From contig NZ_CP065936.1 of assembly GCF_003367075.2 (NCBI RefSeq), forward strand, positions 1,950,001-1,982,000: a stretch of 32,000 bases of DNA, written 5' to 3'. Source of the DNA: Cylindrospermopsis raciborskii Cr2010. Lineage in GTDB: Bacteria > Cyanobacteriota > Cyanobacteriia > Cyanobacteriales > Nostocaceae. Of the stretch, positions 1 through 11,691 are shown in pieces (the stretch's first letter is position 1; each line of letters begins with the position of its first letter). The position numbers and the translations under genes are program-made. The notes beneath the pieces are model-generated. The model ran no database searches and was not told the origin of the DNA. It saw only the letters and a program-made list of their open reading frames with translations.

Positions 1-623
1 GCGATCGCCTGGGCGTGAGGATGTGCAATTTTTAACTCAACTATTTTCTTTTCAGAGAAGGTTTCATGTACAATACAGCTACCCTGCCATAAAAGCATAT
101 CCCTTCCTGTTTGTTGGCTTACGTATTTTCCCAGATTGCGATCAGGAGCAAAAATTATCCCTTGGTCTTTAGGTATTTGCTGAACAATTTTGACCGCGTT
201 GGAACTGGTACAGATAATATCGCTCATAGCTTTTATTTCAGCGGAGCAGTTAATATAGGAGATAACTATATGATCTGGATGAGCGGCTTTAAATGCTGCA
301 AACTTTTCCGGAGGACAACTGTCAGCGAGGGAACAACCAGCGTTTAAGTCTGGTAACAACACTAATTTATCAGGATTAAGGATTTTTGCCGTTTCCGCCA
401 TAAAATGAACACCAGCAAATACAATCACATCCGCGCTGGTTTTTGCTGCTGCTTTTGCTAGTTGCAGAGAATCTCCAATAAAATCTGCTATATCCTGTAT
501 ATCTGGTTCTTGATAATAGTGAGCTAGTATTACTGCATTTAATTCGGTTTTTAAATTATTAATGGCAGTAAATAAGTCCAGGGGTGGTTTGCTCTGGGTT
601 CGAGTTAGTGTGGTTGTAAACAC
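1..623 (-). CDS. nadA: Quinolinate synthase A (NadA), 3' end lies beyond the window
   Basis: Manual translation of the minus strand from GTG at 623: [60 protein letters not shown]...[38 protein letters not shown]...[21 protein letters not shown]. This is typical NadA. An in-frame TAG lies a few codons upstream, supporting the GTG start. It is absent from the ORF track because it is open at the window edge. Confidence 0.93.
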   Translation of the reverse strand, partial: MFTTTLTRTQSKPPLDLFTAINNLKTELNAVILAHYYQEPDIQDIADFIGDSLQLAKAAAKTSADVIVFAGVHFMAETAKILNPDKLVLLPDLNAGCSLADSCPPEKFAAFKAAHPDHIVISYINCSAEIKAMSDIICTSSNAVKIVQQIPKDQGIIFAPDRNLGKYVSQQTGRDMLLWQGSCIVHETFSEKKIVELKIAHPHAQAI

Positions 624-736
624 AATTAGGAACTACTTTTGATTACAAATTATTAACTTAGTTAATTATAGTAGTTTTTACCAAAAATGGTGAATGGTCA
701 GGGAAATTTTCAGTTAAAATATGAAGGATTAACCTA

Positions 737-1024
737 CTAAAAACTCTCTTCCATTTTTCGTGCCAGTTCCACATCTAAATTACTAATAACATCACCTAGA
801 TCATGGGTAGCGAGATTAACCACTACTCTGTTATAAACATTAAACCATTCTGGATGATGTCCTAGAGTATCAGCATAAACACCCACCTTGACCATCCAAC
901 CCAAAGCAGTAGCAAAGTCTTTAAACTTATATTCTTTGGATAACTTACCCCCTTGAACTTGCCATCCGGGTAAACTTTTGAGAGCTTGGGCTATTTCGAT
1001 TTCGTTAAGTTTTTGTGCTGTCAT
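737..1024 (-). CDS. 4a-hydroxytetrahydrobiopterin (pterin-4-alpha-carbinolamine) dehydratase family
   Basis: 95-aa ORF with ...LPGWQV...KEYKFKDFATALGWMVKVGVYADTLGHHPEWFNVYNRVVVNLATHDLGDV, containing the family HHPEW...V.L.THD pattern. Confidence 0.93.
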   Translation of the reverse strand: MTAQKLNEIEIAQALKSLPGWQVQGGKLSKEYKFKDFATALGWMVKVGVYADTLGHHPEWFNVYNRVVVNLATHDLGDVISNLDVELARKMEESF

Positions 1025-1101
1025 GGTGTGAATTTACTATAAATTTACTACAAATCAAGGCCTATACCTAAAACTATAGCGGTTAGTTCCCATTTTTTCC
1101 T

Positions 1102-2139
1102 CTAATCTGTTTCCTGAATTTGTAGTCTAATGGTATGCTCAGTAGCGCCATTAAGTTTGATTTCCATCATTTCACCACCTAGGGGTTCAATACAACCAAG
1201 TAGAGAACGTAAATTAGGTGTACTTGCCCCCGTATCAACATATAATCTATCAGCCAAATTACTAATCCGTTTCCAGACCAAATACAACTTAGCTATATTT
1301 TGCTCCATCTGAGACGCTTGATTCACCAGGTCAGCAGCAACACTTAAACACCCAACTCTTTGCGCTTCTTCCAAAGCAATTTCGATATCCACATTCTCCT
1401 CTGCTAACGCTTGAACTTGAGCTGCTGATTTGAGATATCTAGCTAACTGTCTAGCCTCTGTTGTTGCCTGCTTTAAAGTGTCCACATCAGGACTCACCTC
1501 TATTTCTCTTTGTAAGACCTTCTGATGTGATTCTGGTAGTTTCTCCATTTCCTTAACTAGGGGAGCTATATACCTAGCAGGAAGGCTATTATCCGCAGCT
1601 TTCTCCCTCACTGGTGTAGGTAATAATTCCGAGGACATGGCAGTCCATTCATCAGTCAATTGACGAACTTCTCGACGAGTAATGCGATCGCCCTTTTGAG
1701 CTGCTTCACTGACCATTTGCTGTACTTCTGGGGTTGCTTTAGCAGTTTCCACAAAAGCCCGTTTACTAAAATTATTGACTTTACCCGGGTCGAGCTTGCC
1801 ATCTTGTATTAAAGTATCAGCACTATTAGCCAGTTGAATCCAGTGATATGCTTGACTTTTGCTAATTTCCCTTTCTTTTAACCATTGGAGAAACCCAGTT
1901 CCCCTGCTGTCTCCACCTTTTTTTTCCCGGTCACGGATGGCACGTAAAATCCGACCCCGCCAGATTTCTGTCTGGAGGTCAAAACGGTCACATACCTGCC
2001 AAACTACCTCTAACCTCTCTAAAAAGTCAGTTTCGTCAATTTCTTCATCTTCTGGATCTGGTATTTCAAAGTCTAAATCTACAGGTTGTTGCAGTACAGC
2101 TGCAAGGTTATTCATAGGGTCAGTATCTTGCACGATCAA
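1102..2139 (-). CDS. Conserved hypothetical protein, acidic N-terminus, possible HTH-like segment (SKSQAYHWIQLAN)
   Basis: 345-aa complete ORF with no family recognised from sequence; protein-like composition and no competing sense ORF. Confidence 0.75.
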   Translation of the reverse strand: MIVQDTDPMNNLAAVLQQPVDLDFEIPDPEDEEIDETDFLERLEVVWQVCDRFDLQTEIWRGRILRAIRDREKKGGDSRGTGFLQWLKEREISKSQAYHWIQLANSADTLIQDGKLDPGKVNNFSKRAFVETAKATPEVQQMVSEAAQKGDRITRREVRQLTDEWTAMSSELLPTPVREKAADNSLPARYIAPLVKEMEKLPESHQKVLQREIEVSPDVDTLKQATTEARQLARYLKSAAQVQALAEENVDIEIALEEAQRVGCLSVAADLVNQASQMEQNIAKLYLVWKRISNLADRLYVDTGASTPNLRSLLGCIEPLGGEMMEIKLNGATEHTIRLQIQETD

Positions 2140-2245
2140 TAAATATGGATAAAAATTTACGTATATCTGGAGATTATAGCTGACTATGTTGTCAAAATTC
2201 TCGAGACTGGGAAAATAAAAAGTATCAAAATTCGACTAAACAAAA

Positions 2246-3232
2246 ATGAACCAGATTAACTATTTACGTATTAGTTTAATAGACCGCTGTAATTTTCGTT
2301 GTGTCTACTGTATGCCAGATGATACGGAACTAAACTACATTCTCAAAAAACAACTGTTAACCAATGATGAACTATTAACCCTAATTAAAGATGTATTTAT
2401 TCCTGTGGGATTCAACCGGTTTCGTTTAACCGGCGGTGAACCCTTACTCCGTCCCGGGGTAGTGGACTTGGTAAATAAAATTGCCCATTTCCCCCAAACC
2501 CAAGATTTATCCATGACCACCAATGGTTTTTTATTAGCGCCCCTAGCACAGGATCTCTATAATGCAGGACTAACCAGAATTAACATTAGTCTAGACTCCC
2601 TTAACCCCCATACCTTTAATTTAATTATTGGCCATCATAGTTCTCACGGTTGGGAACAAGTTTGGTGTGGGATTCAATCCGCTGACAAGGTCGGATTTAA
2701 CCCCTTAAAGTTAAATGTAGTGGTCATTCCAGGTGTCAACGACCATGAAATTCTCAACCTAGCTGCTCTAACCCTAGACAAAAACTGGCATGTTAGATTC
2801 ATTGAGTTTATGCCCATTGGTAACAACACTCTATTTAGCGATCGCGGTTGGGTATCCTCCGCACAATTACGAGATCAGATTCGTCAGCGTTGGGGTTTGA
2901 CAGAATCACAGGTTTGTGGTAATGGACCTGCAGATGTATTTCAAATTCCCGGAGCCAAGGGAACCCTAGGTTTTATCAGTCAGATGTCTGAATGTTTTTG
3001 CGATCGCTGTAACCGGGTGCGTCTTTCCGCTGATGGTTGGTTGCGTCCTTGTTTATTGAATGAATCTGGACAAATAGACCTAAAAACAGCCCTGCGATCA
3101 AGTCAGACCATGGAGCAATTACAGCAACAAGTAAGGGAGTTATTAAACCTGAAATCAGAAATTAACTTTAAAGAGAGGAACCCAGGTACACTTGGCACTT
3201 ACAGTCGTACCATGTCCCAAATCGGTGGATAA
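2246..3232 (+). CDS. moaA: GTP 3',8-cyclase (molybdenum cofactor biosynthesis protein A)
   Basis: Radical SAM motif [11 protein letters not shown]-terminal cluster motif [19 protein letters not shown], and terminal GG. Confidence 0.96.
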   Translation: MNQINYLRISLIDRCNFRCVYCMPDDTELNYILKKQLLTNDELLTLIKDVFIPVGFNRFRLTGGEPLLRPGVVDLVNKIAHFPQTQDLSMTTNGFLLAPLAQDLYNAGLTRINISLDSLNPHTFNLIIGHHSSHGWEQVWCGIQSADKVGFNPLKLNVVVIPGVNDHEILNLAALTLDKNWHVRFIEFMPIGNNTLFSDRGWVSSAQLRDQIRQRWGLTESQVCGNGPADVFQIPGAKGTLGFISQMSECFCDRCNRVRLSADGWLRPCLLNESGQIDLKTALRSSQTMEQLQQQVRELLNLKSEINFKERNPGTLGTYSRTMSQIGG

Positions 3233-3287
3233 AGCAAGCACCAAAACTACTTATCTGAAGTAGTTTTGGATAGCCTCAAAAGCCAAA

Positions 3288-3896
3288 TTATGCCTGACGT
3301 GAATAGTATTCCACAACCAGCAGTTCATTCACCTGCAGTGCCACCCATTCCCGCTCAATCACACCATTGACCTTGCCAGCCAACTTGTTCTTATCGAATT
3401 CCAGATGATTAGGAAGATTAGCCAATCCAGGATACTGCAAATTATTTTCTACTAATTTTCTGGATGCTTCCTTATCTTTAACCCCAATTTCCTCTCCTGG
3501 ACGACATTGATAACTGGCAATGTTGACCACCCTTCCATTTATCGTCACATGACCGTGACTGACTAATTGTCTTGCTGCTGAGATAGTGGGGGCCATTCCC
3601 AATCGAAAAACTGTGTTATCCAAGCGCATCTCCAATAACTGAAGTAACACTTGTCCAGTAGATCCAGTGACTCGTCTGGCTTTGCGAACATAGCGTAACA
3701 TTTGCTTTTCCGTCAAACCGTAATTCAATCGGAGTTTTTGCTTTTCTTCCAGACGGATAGCATACTCAGATCTTTTCTTACGGTTTTGACCGTGTTGCCC
3801 GGGTGCGTAAGCACGTCTGGCACTTTTGCGAGTTAATCCTGGTAATTCCCCCAGACGGCGCACAATTCTGAGGCGCGGACCTCTATATCGAGACAT
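3288..3896 (-). CDS. rpsD: 30S ribosomal protein S4
   Basis: [22 protein letters not shown]...[38 protein letters not shown] (S4 RNA-binding domain). Confidence 0.98.
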   Translation of the reverse strand: MSRYRGPRLRIVRRLGELPGLTRKSARRAYAPGQHGQNRKKRSEYAIRLEEKQKLRLNYGLTEKQMLRYVRKARRVTGSTGQVLLQLLEMRLDNTVFRLGMAPTISAARQLVSHGHVTINGRVVNIASYQCRPGEEIGVKDKEASRKLVENNLQYPGLANLPNHLEFDKNKLAGKVNGVIEREWVALQVNELLVVEYYSRQA

Positions 3897-4028
3897 GAGT
3901 TTCCTTATCTAATCCTGTTTAAACTTTACCTAAACAATCCATTATCACATAAATTCTAGCAATTAGCCAAGAACTAGAGAAAATTGAGTCACATGATGAC
4001 TTATTTTTCTGAATATTATAGCCTACAA

Positions 4029-4060
4029 AACCAAATATCTCCGACCTTCTGGGTCGGAGA
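4029..4060 (-). terminator. Candidate rho-independent terminator downstream of hetR
   Basis: Perfect 9-bp stem TCTCCGACC / GGTCGGAGA (4038-4046 / 4052-4060). On the minus strand it is followed by TATTTGGTTTTG, which is moderately T-rich. It lies just past the hetR stop. Confidence 0.6.
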
Positions 4061-4086
4061 CTTTCACAACCATAGCTATTGAGAAT

Positions 4087-5040
<954 letters not shown>

Positions 5041-5241
5041 TTAGCTATTGTACAACAAAATTAAATTTTTGTCTTCAACCAGATGAAAGATCTGCCAAAC
5101 TTCCATGATCTTAACAAAATTTTGGACAAAATTTTATAAACAACTTTGTTGTTTCTAGTTTTTGGGTTCTACTTTTGGGAATAGGGGCCTTAAAATAACT
5201 TTGAAACCTCGTTCAGCCAATAGTTTCACGTGTTTACAAGA

Positions 5242-7242
5242 TTAAATCTTAGGGCTCGGTCGATTGTGCATTTTCTCCCAGCTAATAACCGCTGCTCCAC
5301 CCGTGACCAATATAACTCCTATCATCTGGGGTAAATCCAAATTTTCTCGAATCATTAGTCCGGCCAAGACCACAGTAAAAATGGGAATAAAAGCTCTAAA
5401 TAGAGTATAAAAATGTGATCCCAGCTTGTTAGTGCCTAAACTTTTTAACAACCAGGCACCAAGGGTGAGAACAGCCAACATAAAAGCGCTGAGGACTAAT
5501 TCCAAGAAGCCAGATGATTTCAGTACGATATTCCAGTCAGCTGGTAATGGTACTAATAGGCAAAGAAAGCTTAGTAGTAACATAGTAGCAAAGTTAAGAA
5601 AAGCAAAAGAGACAGGATGTATTGCAGATGCAGACAACCTAGAAATAATTACGTAGCTGCCAAAGGCTATTCCGGAAAGAATTGCAAAAATACTTGCCAG
5701 GGTATTGGTAGTGGTGGGACTGCTAAGGATGAATAATTGACCGCCTAGGATACCAAAAATAGCACCAATCTTGACCGGACTAGGACGTTCACTCAAGAGG
5801 AACCAAGCCAATATTCCGGTCACTAGGGGATAGACAAAAAATAAACTCATGGCTACCCCTACGGTTAGCTGACTAATAGCAACGTAAATAAACAACTCAG
5901 ACAAGAATAGACATCCACCACTTAAAAATGATAAGATTAGTAATTGTTTTCCTGTACTATGTTTGCTATTGTTTCTGTTAGGTTTCCCAAACAGATTTTT
6001 AATTTCTTGCCAAATTGGTGGATGGAAAGTAGGAGCCAAAAGCAACATTAAGGGTAGAACTACCAGAAATCTCAGCATTAATAAAAGGAAAATATTACCC
6101 AAAGTTGGTAATAGTAGACCCCCTCTCTGGAACTCTCCTAAAAGTTGAGAACCATCCCAGAAAAATGCCCGGATGATTACATTATAAAGAGAAGAGACAA
6201 TTGTGTATAAACCTAACCACAGAAACCCTATTTGTAATGATGAGATATGTCTATTATTTTTGGGCAATTTTCGCTCAAAAGTAGGTTCTTGATATGGTGT
6301 ATTTATGGGAGTATGTGGCGTACTTATAATTGTATCTACAGAGAAATGGGTAGTTGTTTTGTTTGCTAAAGCATCAGGAATTAAATCGGTTACTTCCTCG
6401 ACTGTAACTTCTTCAACTTGTTTGGGGGGTGATTCTATATTGCTGTCAAGTATTAACTCTGGGATTGAAGAGTAGGAGCTTTGGGGATCTGACACATCTT
6501 TCGATAATTCTTGAGGTGGTCCCAGCTGTAGTACGGTTGGCGATCCTCCCGTCACAAAGACCTGAGAATTTATTTGTTTAGCTTTGTCTAACTCAGTTTG
6601 TAACCGACTAACATAAGCTGTTAAAATTTGTTCTCCTTGTCGTTGTTGATCATAGATTTTTAAAAACTGTTGGGAAAGATGACCTTGATAATTCTTTAAT
6701 TCCTCCTGTAGGGAACTAAAAGCGACTGTCAAATTATTATCTAAATTGTTAACTATCTCCGTAATATTCTCACTTATCTGACCAGCTATTTTGGCATTAA
6801 CTTCTGCCCATTTCATGGCTACTTGGTCAGAAGATTCTGTCTCTACTAACTGTGCTTGACTAACCAAAATCTTTAGGGAAGACTGCAATTGAGAAGATAT
6901 GTGCTTGGACAAAACTTCCGCTAGTTGGCGAATTAAAACTTGTTGTTCGGTAATTTGTCGTGTTTGTTGTAATTTTTCCTTTTCTTCCGTTAATCTTTCA
7001 ATATCCTTAGCTAAACGACTTTTCTCACCTTCTAACCGCTTCACATCATCCTGTAAAGCTCGTAGAACATTCTGTTGGAGATTTTCTAAATCCTCCACCA
7101 TGTCCCAAAGGGCGTTTTCTGCTGACCTAGATAGGTCATTTCTACTGCGTTGGTTTTCTGGTCGCTTTTCAAGTCGCCCCATTAGTTTCTCACCTCTAAC
7201 ACCTTGAAGAGTTATTAGTTTTTTGTCATTATCACTTATCAC
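5242..7242 (-). CDS. EamA/DMT-type transporter with a large N-terminal coiled-coil extension
   Basis: N-terminal ~300 aa rich in K/E/Q heptads (DDVKRLEGEKSRLAKDIERLTEEKEKLQQTRQ). C-terminal half has multiple hydrophobic helices with the EamA-like SVAMSLFFVYPLVTGILAWFLLSERPSPVKIGAIFGILGG and a second repeat LFRAFIPIFTVVLAGLMIRENLDLPQMIGVILVTGGAAVI. Confidence 0.85.
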   Translation of the reverse strand: MISDNDKKLITLQGVRGEKLMGRLEKRPENQRSRNDLSRSAENALWDMVEDLENLQQNVLRALQDDVKRLEGEKSRLAKDIERLTEEKEKLQQTRQITEQQVLIRQLAEVLSKHISSQLQSSLKILVSQAQLVETESSDQVAMKWAEVNAKIAGQISENITEIVNNLDNNLTVAFSSLQEELKNYQGHLSQQFLKIYDQQRQGEQILTAYVSRLQTELDKAKQINSQVFVTGGSPTVLQLGPPQELSKDVSDPQSSYSSIPELILDSNIESPPKQVEEVTVEEVTDLIPDALANKTTTHFSVDTIISTPHTPINTPYQEPTFERKLPKNNRHISSLQIGFLWLGLYTIVSSLYNVIIRAFFWDGSQLLGEFQRGGLLLPTLGNIFLLLMLRFLVVLPLMLLLAPTFHPPIWQEIKNLFGKPNRNNSKHSTGKQLLILSFLSGGCLFLSELFIYVAISQLTVGVAMSLFFVYPLVTGILAWFLLSERPSPVKIGAIFGILGGQLFILSSPTTTNTLASIFAILSGIAFGSYVIISRLSASAIHPVSFAFLNFATMLLLSFLCLLVPLPADWNIVLKSSGFLELVLSAFMLAVLTLGAWLLKSLGTNKLGSHFYTLFRAFIPIFTVVLAGLMIRENLDLPQMIGVILVTGGAAVISWEKMHNRPSPKI

Positions 7243-7295
7243 CTATTATTTGTCAGTTATGGAACATTAAGTAGGTGGGTGGAATTAAACATGAA

Positions 7296-7327
7296 CGTAG
7301 GTTGGGTTGAGGAACGAAACCCAACAC
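7296..7327 (+). repeat. Cyanobacterial dispersed repeat motif CGTAGGTTGGGTTGAGGAACGAAACCCAACAC
   Basis: The motif is read directly. Similar GTTGGGTT...GAACGAAACCCAAC strings are, from memory, common in cyanobacterial intergenic DNA; an internal GTTGGGTT/AACCCAAC inverted repeat is visible. Confidence 0.6.
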
Positions 7328-7331
7328 CCCC

Positions 7332-7384
7332 ATGGGTTACCCTACCACTAACCCATCCCACAAATAATTGTGCCTCCCTACTTA
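7332..7384 (-). repeat. Dispersed intergenic repeat, copy 1
   Basis: Reverse complement TAAGTAGGGAGGCACAATTATTTGTGGGATGGGTTAGTGGTAGGGTAACCCAT closely matches 21033-21086. Confidence 0.85.
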
Positions 7385-7443
7385 CTCTTGAGTAGTGGGG
7401 GTTCTATATACTCAAAATATATTCCAAGATTTCTCGTGAGATT

Positions 7444-8700
7444 TCAGACAATCCGGATAATAATGAAGATTAGAGCACTGATAAAGGCACTAATGGGAAC
7501 TGTAATTAGCCAAGCTGCGGTGATTCCTCGAATGGTGGAAAAGTTAATTAAACGAGGGCTTTGGACTAATCCAACTCCTATTATACTACCTATGATCCCA
7601 TGGGATGTGGATACGGGTAAACCTAGGCGAGATGCTAACAAAACAGTGGTAGCAGTGGCTAATTCAGCGCAAAATCCTGCACTTGGTTGCAGAGGGATAA
7701 TATGTTGACCAATGGTGGTGATCACTTTTCTACCCCAAATCCCTAATCCGCTGACTATTCCTACACCTCCTAAAATTATTACCCACCCAGGAACGGTGAT
7801 TCCATGAATGGGAACTTTCTGGGTTTGGTCAATGTAGGAAATTACTGCCAAAGGAGCAATTGCATTGCCAATGTCGTTAGCACCATGGGCAAAAGCAACA
7901 AAGCAAGCACTTAAAAGTTGAAAATTGGCAAATAATCCTTCTATCAAGTTGTGGATGGGGGATGCTGAAATTTGCCCGGTGGTGTTTTCCACCTGTTTCC
8001 AACTATATATTGTCAGAACAATAATGCCAAGTACAATAGTAAAAATGGCAATACTGTGTGGAGGGATCTGTAAGCCCACTTGTTGATCGAAAAACCTGGT
8101 TATTGGTTCCGCTAAGGGAACCAACACTATGGCTCCAAATACACTCAGAACAATCACACTTAGCCAGGGAATCCATTCCTGTAATCTTTGCTGGGAGTTG
8201 GTTGGGGATAATATGTAATTCTGGATGATACTGTAAAAAATACCAGCTATACTGGCACTCACTATAGGTGTCAATACCCAAATCAGGGTTATGGTTCTTA
8301 TGGCTTGCCAGTCTATATTGTCTACACCCGTTGCTACCCAGGTAAAGCCGGCAATAGCACCAACTACCGCATGGGATGATGATACAGGTAAAGATAGGGC
8401 TGTGGCTAGTTGGAGCCATAATCCTGATGATATAAGCACTGCCATCATCCCTAACAACAGGGTTCTGGGTGTGGTGATAAACAATTCCGGATGGGCAATT
8501 TTCGTCCCCAGGGTTTCTGTCACACCTCTCCCAAATAATACAGCACCCGCAAATTCTAAAACCCCCGCTATGATCATGGCCTGTTTGAGTGTAACTGCTT
8601 TTGACCCTACGGATGTTCCCATGGCATTAGCTATATCATTAGCACCCAGGTTAAATGCAAGATAGAATGATAACAAGCTGGCAATAATCAATTGGTTCAT
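7444..8700 (-). CDS. Inorganic phosphate transporter, PiT family
   Basis: FNLGANDIANAMGTSVGSKAVTLKQA near the N-terminus and the second copy FVAFAHGANDIGNAIAPLA; GLPVSTSHGIIG motif. Confidence 0.94.
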   Translation of the reverse strand: MNQLIIASLLSFYLAFNLGANDIANAMGTSVGSKAVTLKQAMIIAGVLEFAGAVLFGRGVTETLGTKIAHPELFITTPRTLLLGMMAVLISSGLWLQLATALSLPVSSSHAVVGAIAGFTWVATGVDNIDWQAIRTITLIWVLTPIVSASIAGIFYSIIQNYILSPTNSQQRLQEWIPWLSVIVLSVFGAIVLVPLAEPITRFFDQQVGLQIPPHSIAIFTIVLGIIVLTIYSWKQVENTTGQISASPIHNLIEGLFANFQLLSACFVAFAHGANDIGNAIAPLAVISYIDQTQKVPIHGITVPGWVIILGGVGIVSGLGIWGRKVITTIGQHIIPLQPSAGFCAELATATTVLLASRLGLPVSTSHGIIGSIIGVGLVQSPRLINFSTIRGITAAWLITVPISAFISALIFIIIRIV

Positions 8701-8701
8701 T

Positions 8702-9748
8702 TCATGGGTAAATTAAGATCTTATAGGTTTCTGCTGTGGGTGCGATCGCCTGCTCTACTGCTTGATGTAAGTTTTCTAAAGGATAGCGATCGCTAATTAA
8801 TGCCTGAACATTAATGCGGCGACGAAAAACTATATCTGCTGCGAGGCTTTGTAACCTATAGGATGAACTATAACTTCCTATTAAGTCTATTTCTCGACGA
8901 TAGAGAATATTGGGGTTAATGGGTATTTCCACCTCGTCAGGGAATTCGGCAAAAAAGAGTATTTTCCCACCCTTGCGGGTACTGTTCAAGGCTTGAAAAA
9001 AAGCCTTGTCACTGGGAACTGCCAACAATGCCACATCGGCACCTATTCCTCCCGTCAAGTCTTGGACTTTTTTAGCCAAGTCTGGATCACGAGCATCAAA
9101 TGCTGCTTCTGCTCCTATCTCCATAGCTTTTTCAATTCTGGATGGTAAGAGATCCGTGGCGATCGCCCTAGCACCAAAATATTGCACCAACATAATAAAC
9201 ATTAACCCAATGGGACCTGCTCCAGTAATTAACACTGTTTGTCCTGGTGCTATTTGAGCTTTTTTTACAGCTTTTAGACAGCAATTAGTAGGTTCTACAA
9301 AACTGGCTTCTTCAAAACTAATATGGTCGGGAATGGGGATTAAACCCCCGTTTTCCACAATATGACCTGGCACCTTCACATATTCGGCAAAACCCCCTCC
9401 ACTGGGGTTAAAACCTGCTGTGGTAGAAATATTTTTATAGACATCGCATACAGAAAAATTTTCATTCAGGCAATAGGCGCAGCGCATACAGGGTATATGA
9501 TGCATCACTGCTACCCGGTCTCCCACTTGCCAACCGTTGACCTGAGAACCCACTGCAGCAATAGTGCCAGCGGTTTCGTGTCCAAAAATCCGTGGGGGTT
9601 CATACAGAGGATAACGGATCTTTTTAATATCCGATTGACATAAACCCACCACTCTTACTTGCACTAATACTTCCTCTGGTGCTAAATGAGGAACTGGAAC
9701 TTCCTCATAGGATAACTGATTTACGCCTCTAAATACTTGTGCTTTCAT
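8702..9748 (-). CDS. Zinc-dependent medium-chain alcohol/polyol dehydrogenase
   Basis: GHETAGTIAAVGSQVNGWQVGDRVAV; structural zinc Cys cluster CMRCAYCLNENFSVC; GAGPIGLMFIMLVQ cofactor loop. 1 bp from the PiT gene. Confidence 0.92.
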   Translation of the reverse strand: MKAQVFRGVNQLSYEEVPVPHLAPEEVLVQVRVVGLCQSDIKKIRYPLYEPPRIFGHETAGTIAAVGSQVNGWQVGDRVAVMHHIPCMRCAYCLNENFSVCDVYKNISTTAGFNPSGGGFAEYVKVPGHIVENGGLIPIPDHISFEEASFVEPTNCCLKAVKKAQIAPGQTVLITGAGPIGLMFIMLVQYFGARAIATDLLPSRIEKAMEIGAEAAFDARDPDLAKKVQDLTGGIGADVALLAVPSDKAFFQALNSTRKGGKILFFAEFPDEVEIPINPNILYRREIDLIGSYSSSYRLQSLAADIVFRRRINVQALISDRYPLENLHQAVEQAIAPTAETYKILIYP

Positions 9749-9822
9749 TGCTATTTTTAGTTAGTTTAGTTAGGTTTCAGTCGGGAATTAGTGAGCAATC
9801 ACCACTCCCCAACCATTCTCGT

Positions 9823-11415
9823 TTAAGCCGTAACCTCTTGAGTTGTTTTTTGATTTATAGCTGCATATAGCCTATTTAAAGCATTCACATAAGCCTGAGC
9901 AGAAGCTACAATTATATCTGTATTAGCTGCATGACCGGAAAACACGCGGGACTCGTAACGCAGACGAATGGTTACCTCTCCCAAAGCATCAATTCCAGCT
10001 GTCACGGATTGTACAGAAAATTCTATCAGATCATTAGGCACATTCACCACTCGATTGATAGCCCTATAAACCGCGTCTACTGGCCCTGTACCTATGGCCG
10101 CATCAGTCAGTTCTTGACCATCTGGAGTGCGAAGAGTTACGGTAGCAGTGGGTCTAGCATTGCTACCACAGGAAACCTGCACCAACTCAATTTTAAACAA
10201 ATCGGGAACTTGTTTAATTTCATCATTAACAATAGCTTCCAAATCCCAATCTGAGATTTCCTTCTTTTTGTCTGCTACATCCTTAAAACGAATAAATGCC
10301 CTATTGAGATCATTTTCCGACAATTCAAAGCCCAACTCTTTTAATCGGGATCTAAAAGCATTCCTGCCCGAATGTTTACCCAATACTATTTGGTTGTCAG
10401 TTAATCCAATCGATTGGGCATCCATAATCTCATAAGTGAGTTTATTCTTGAGTACCCCATCTTGGTGAATACCAGATTCATGAGCAAAAGCATTAGCACC
10501 CACTATGGCTTTGTTGGGTTGTACCAACATTCCCGTTAAATTGGAAACCAATCGAGAAGTCTTATAAATTTGTCTGGTGTCAATATTGGTTAAAGGTGCT
10601 TCCGAATCAGCTGGTCTACCAAAGAACGGATTAAAGTATTGTCGTCTGACATGAAGACCCATGACCAATTCTTCTAGAGCAGCATTACCAGCTCTTTCGC
10701 CAATACCATTAATAGTACATTCCAGCTGTCTAGCACCATTCTTTACTGCTTCTAAGAAGTTAGCAACCGCCAGACCCAGGTCATTATGTCCGTGTACAGA
10801 AATGATAGCTTGGTTTATATTGGGAACATTTTCCTTAATCCCCCTAATCAAATTGCCAAACTCTCCGGGGGTGGTATAACCCACCGTATCAGGAATATTA
10901 ACCGTGGTTGCACCAGCAGCTATCACCTCAGTTAAAACCTCATACAAAAATTCTGGATCCGATCTACCAGCATCCTCGGGGGAGAACTCCACATCATTAG
11001 TGAAGCTCTTGGCGTATGCTACCATGTCTCGAGCTATAGATACAACTTCTGGGCGAGTCTTCTTCAGCTTGTACTGTAGGTGGATATCAGAAGTAGCGAG
11101 AAAAGTATGGATTCGACCCTTAGCTGCTGGTTTAATAGCCGCAGCTGCTGTTTTAATATCATCCTGTTTAGCTCTAGCCAAACTACAAATAATCGGACCC
11201 TCTGGCAAACCTACAGTCTCAGCAATTTTGCTCACTGCGGCAAAATCACCCGGACTGGCAAAAGCAAAACCAGCTTCAATCACATCTACCCCTAAACGTG
11301 ACAACTGTTTGGCTATAACCAGCTTTTCTTCAATGTTTAAGGTAGCTCCTGGACACTGCTCTCCATCTCGCAGTGTGGTATCAAAGATGATAATTCTATC
11401 TGCTTGATTGTTCAT
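9823..11415 (-). CDS. leuA: 2-isopropylmalate synthase
   Basis: [22 protein letters not shown]...[41 protein letters not shown]... [12 protein letters not shown]. Confidence 0.96.
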   Translation of the reverse strand: MNNQADRIIIFDTTLRDGEQCPGATLNIEEKLVIAKQLSRLGVDVIEAGFAFASPGDFAAVSKIAETVGLPEGPIICSLARAKQDDIKTAAAAIKPAAKGRIHTFLATSDIHLQYKLKKTRPEVVSIARDMVAYAKSFTNDVEFSPEDAGRSDPEFLYEVLTEVIAAGATTVNIPDTVGYTTPGEFGNLIRGIKENVPNINQAIISVHGHNDLGLAVANFLEAVKNGARQLECTINGIGERAGNAALEELVMGLHVRRQYFNPFFGRPADSEAPLTNIDTRQIYKTSRLVSNLTGMLVQPNKAIVGANAFAHESGIHQDGVLKNKLTYEIMDAQSIGLTDNQIVLGKHSGRNAFRSRLKELGFELSENDLNRAFIRFKDVADKKKEISDWDLEAIVNDEIKQVPDLFKIELVQVSCGSNARPTATVTLRTPDGQELTDAAIGTGPVDAVYRAINRVVNVPNDLIEFSVQSVTAGIDALGEVTIRLRYESRVFSGHAANTDIIVASAQAYVNALNRLYAAINQKTTQEVTA

Positions 11416-11691
11416 TGGTTTTGAGTTGGTTTTAAGTTAACTAATTGGTAAGGGTTAAAATACCTTGAACTTTATTAAAAGGAATGTAAGAGTCAGTTTA
11501 AAGAATGTAGAATTAATAGTTTAAAACTAGCTGATGTATAATTAAATTTCAAATAACCAGCAAATTTATCAATTGGCGGTTAGGGACTTGGCCTGGTTGG
11601 ACCGATCCATTGACTCCCACTCATAGTTACTGACTCCTTATTCATATCTAACTGTTGCTTTTTGACACTGCCTAGATTAGGTGTAATTCTA

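Noticed and set aside
111-347. 78-aa plus-strand ORF at the window start
   Set aside because: It is antisense to nadA, which translates convincingly on the minus strand.
1859-2152. 97-aa plus-strand ORF (also 1130..1312)
   Set aside because: Antisense to the 1102..2139 minus ORF, with low-complexity Ser content.
8003-8419. 138-aa minus-strand ORF within the PiT transporter, plus plus-strand ORFs 8291..8665 and 7370..7708
   Set aside because: It is an alternate frame within a convincing transporter gene and the translation looks unnatural (Ser/Tyr/Cys-rich).
10904-11407. 167-aa plus-strand ORF antisense to leuA (also 9931..10254, 10127..10435, 10661..10879 and 11080..11295)
   Set aside because: It lies fully inside the well-supported leuA on the opposite strand and has no recognisable domain. 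It is explained by codon composition.
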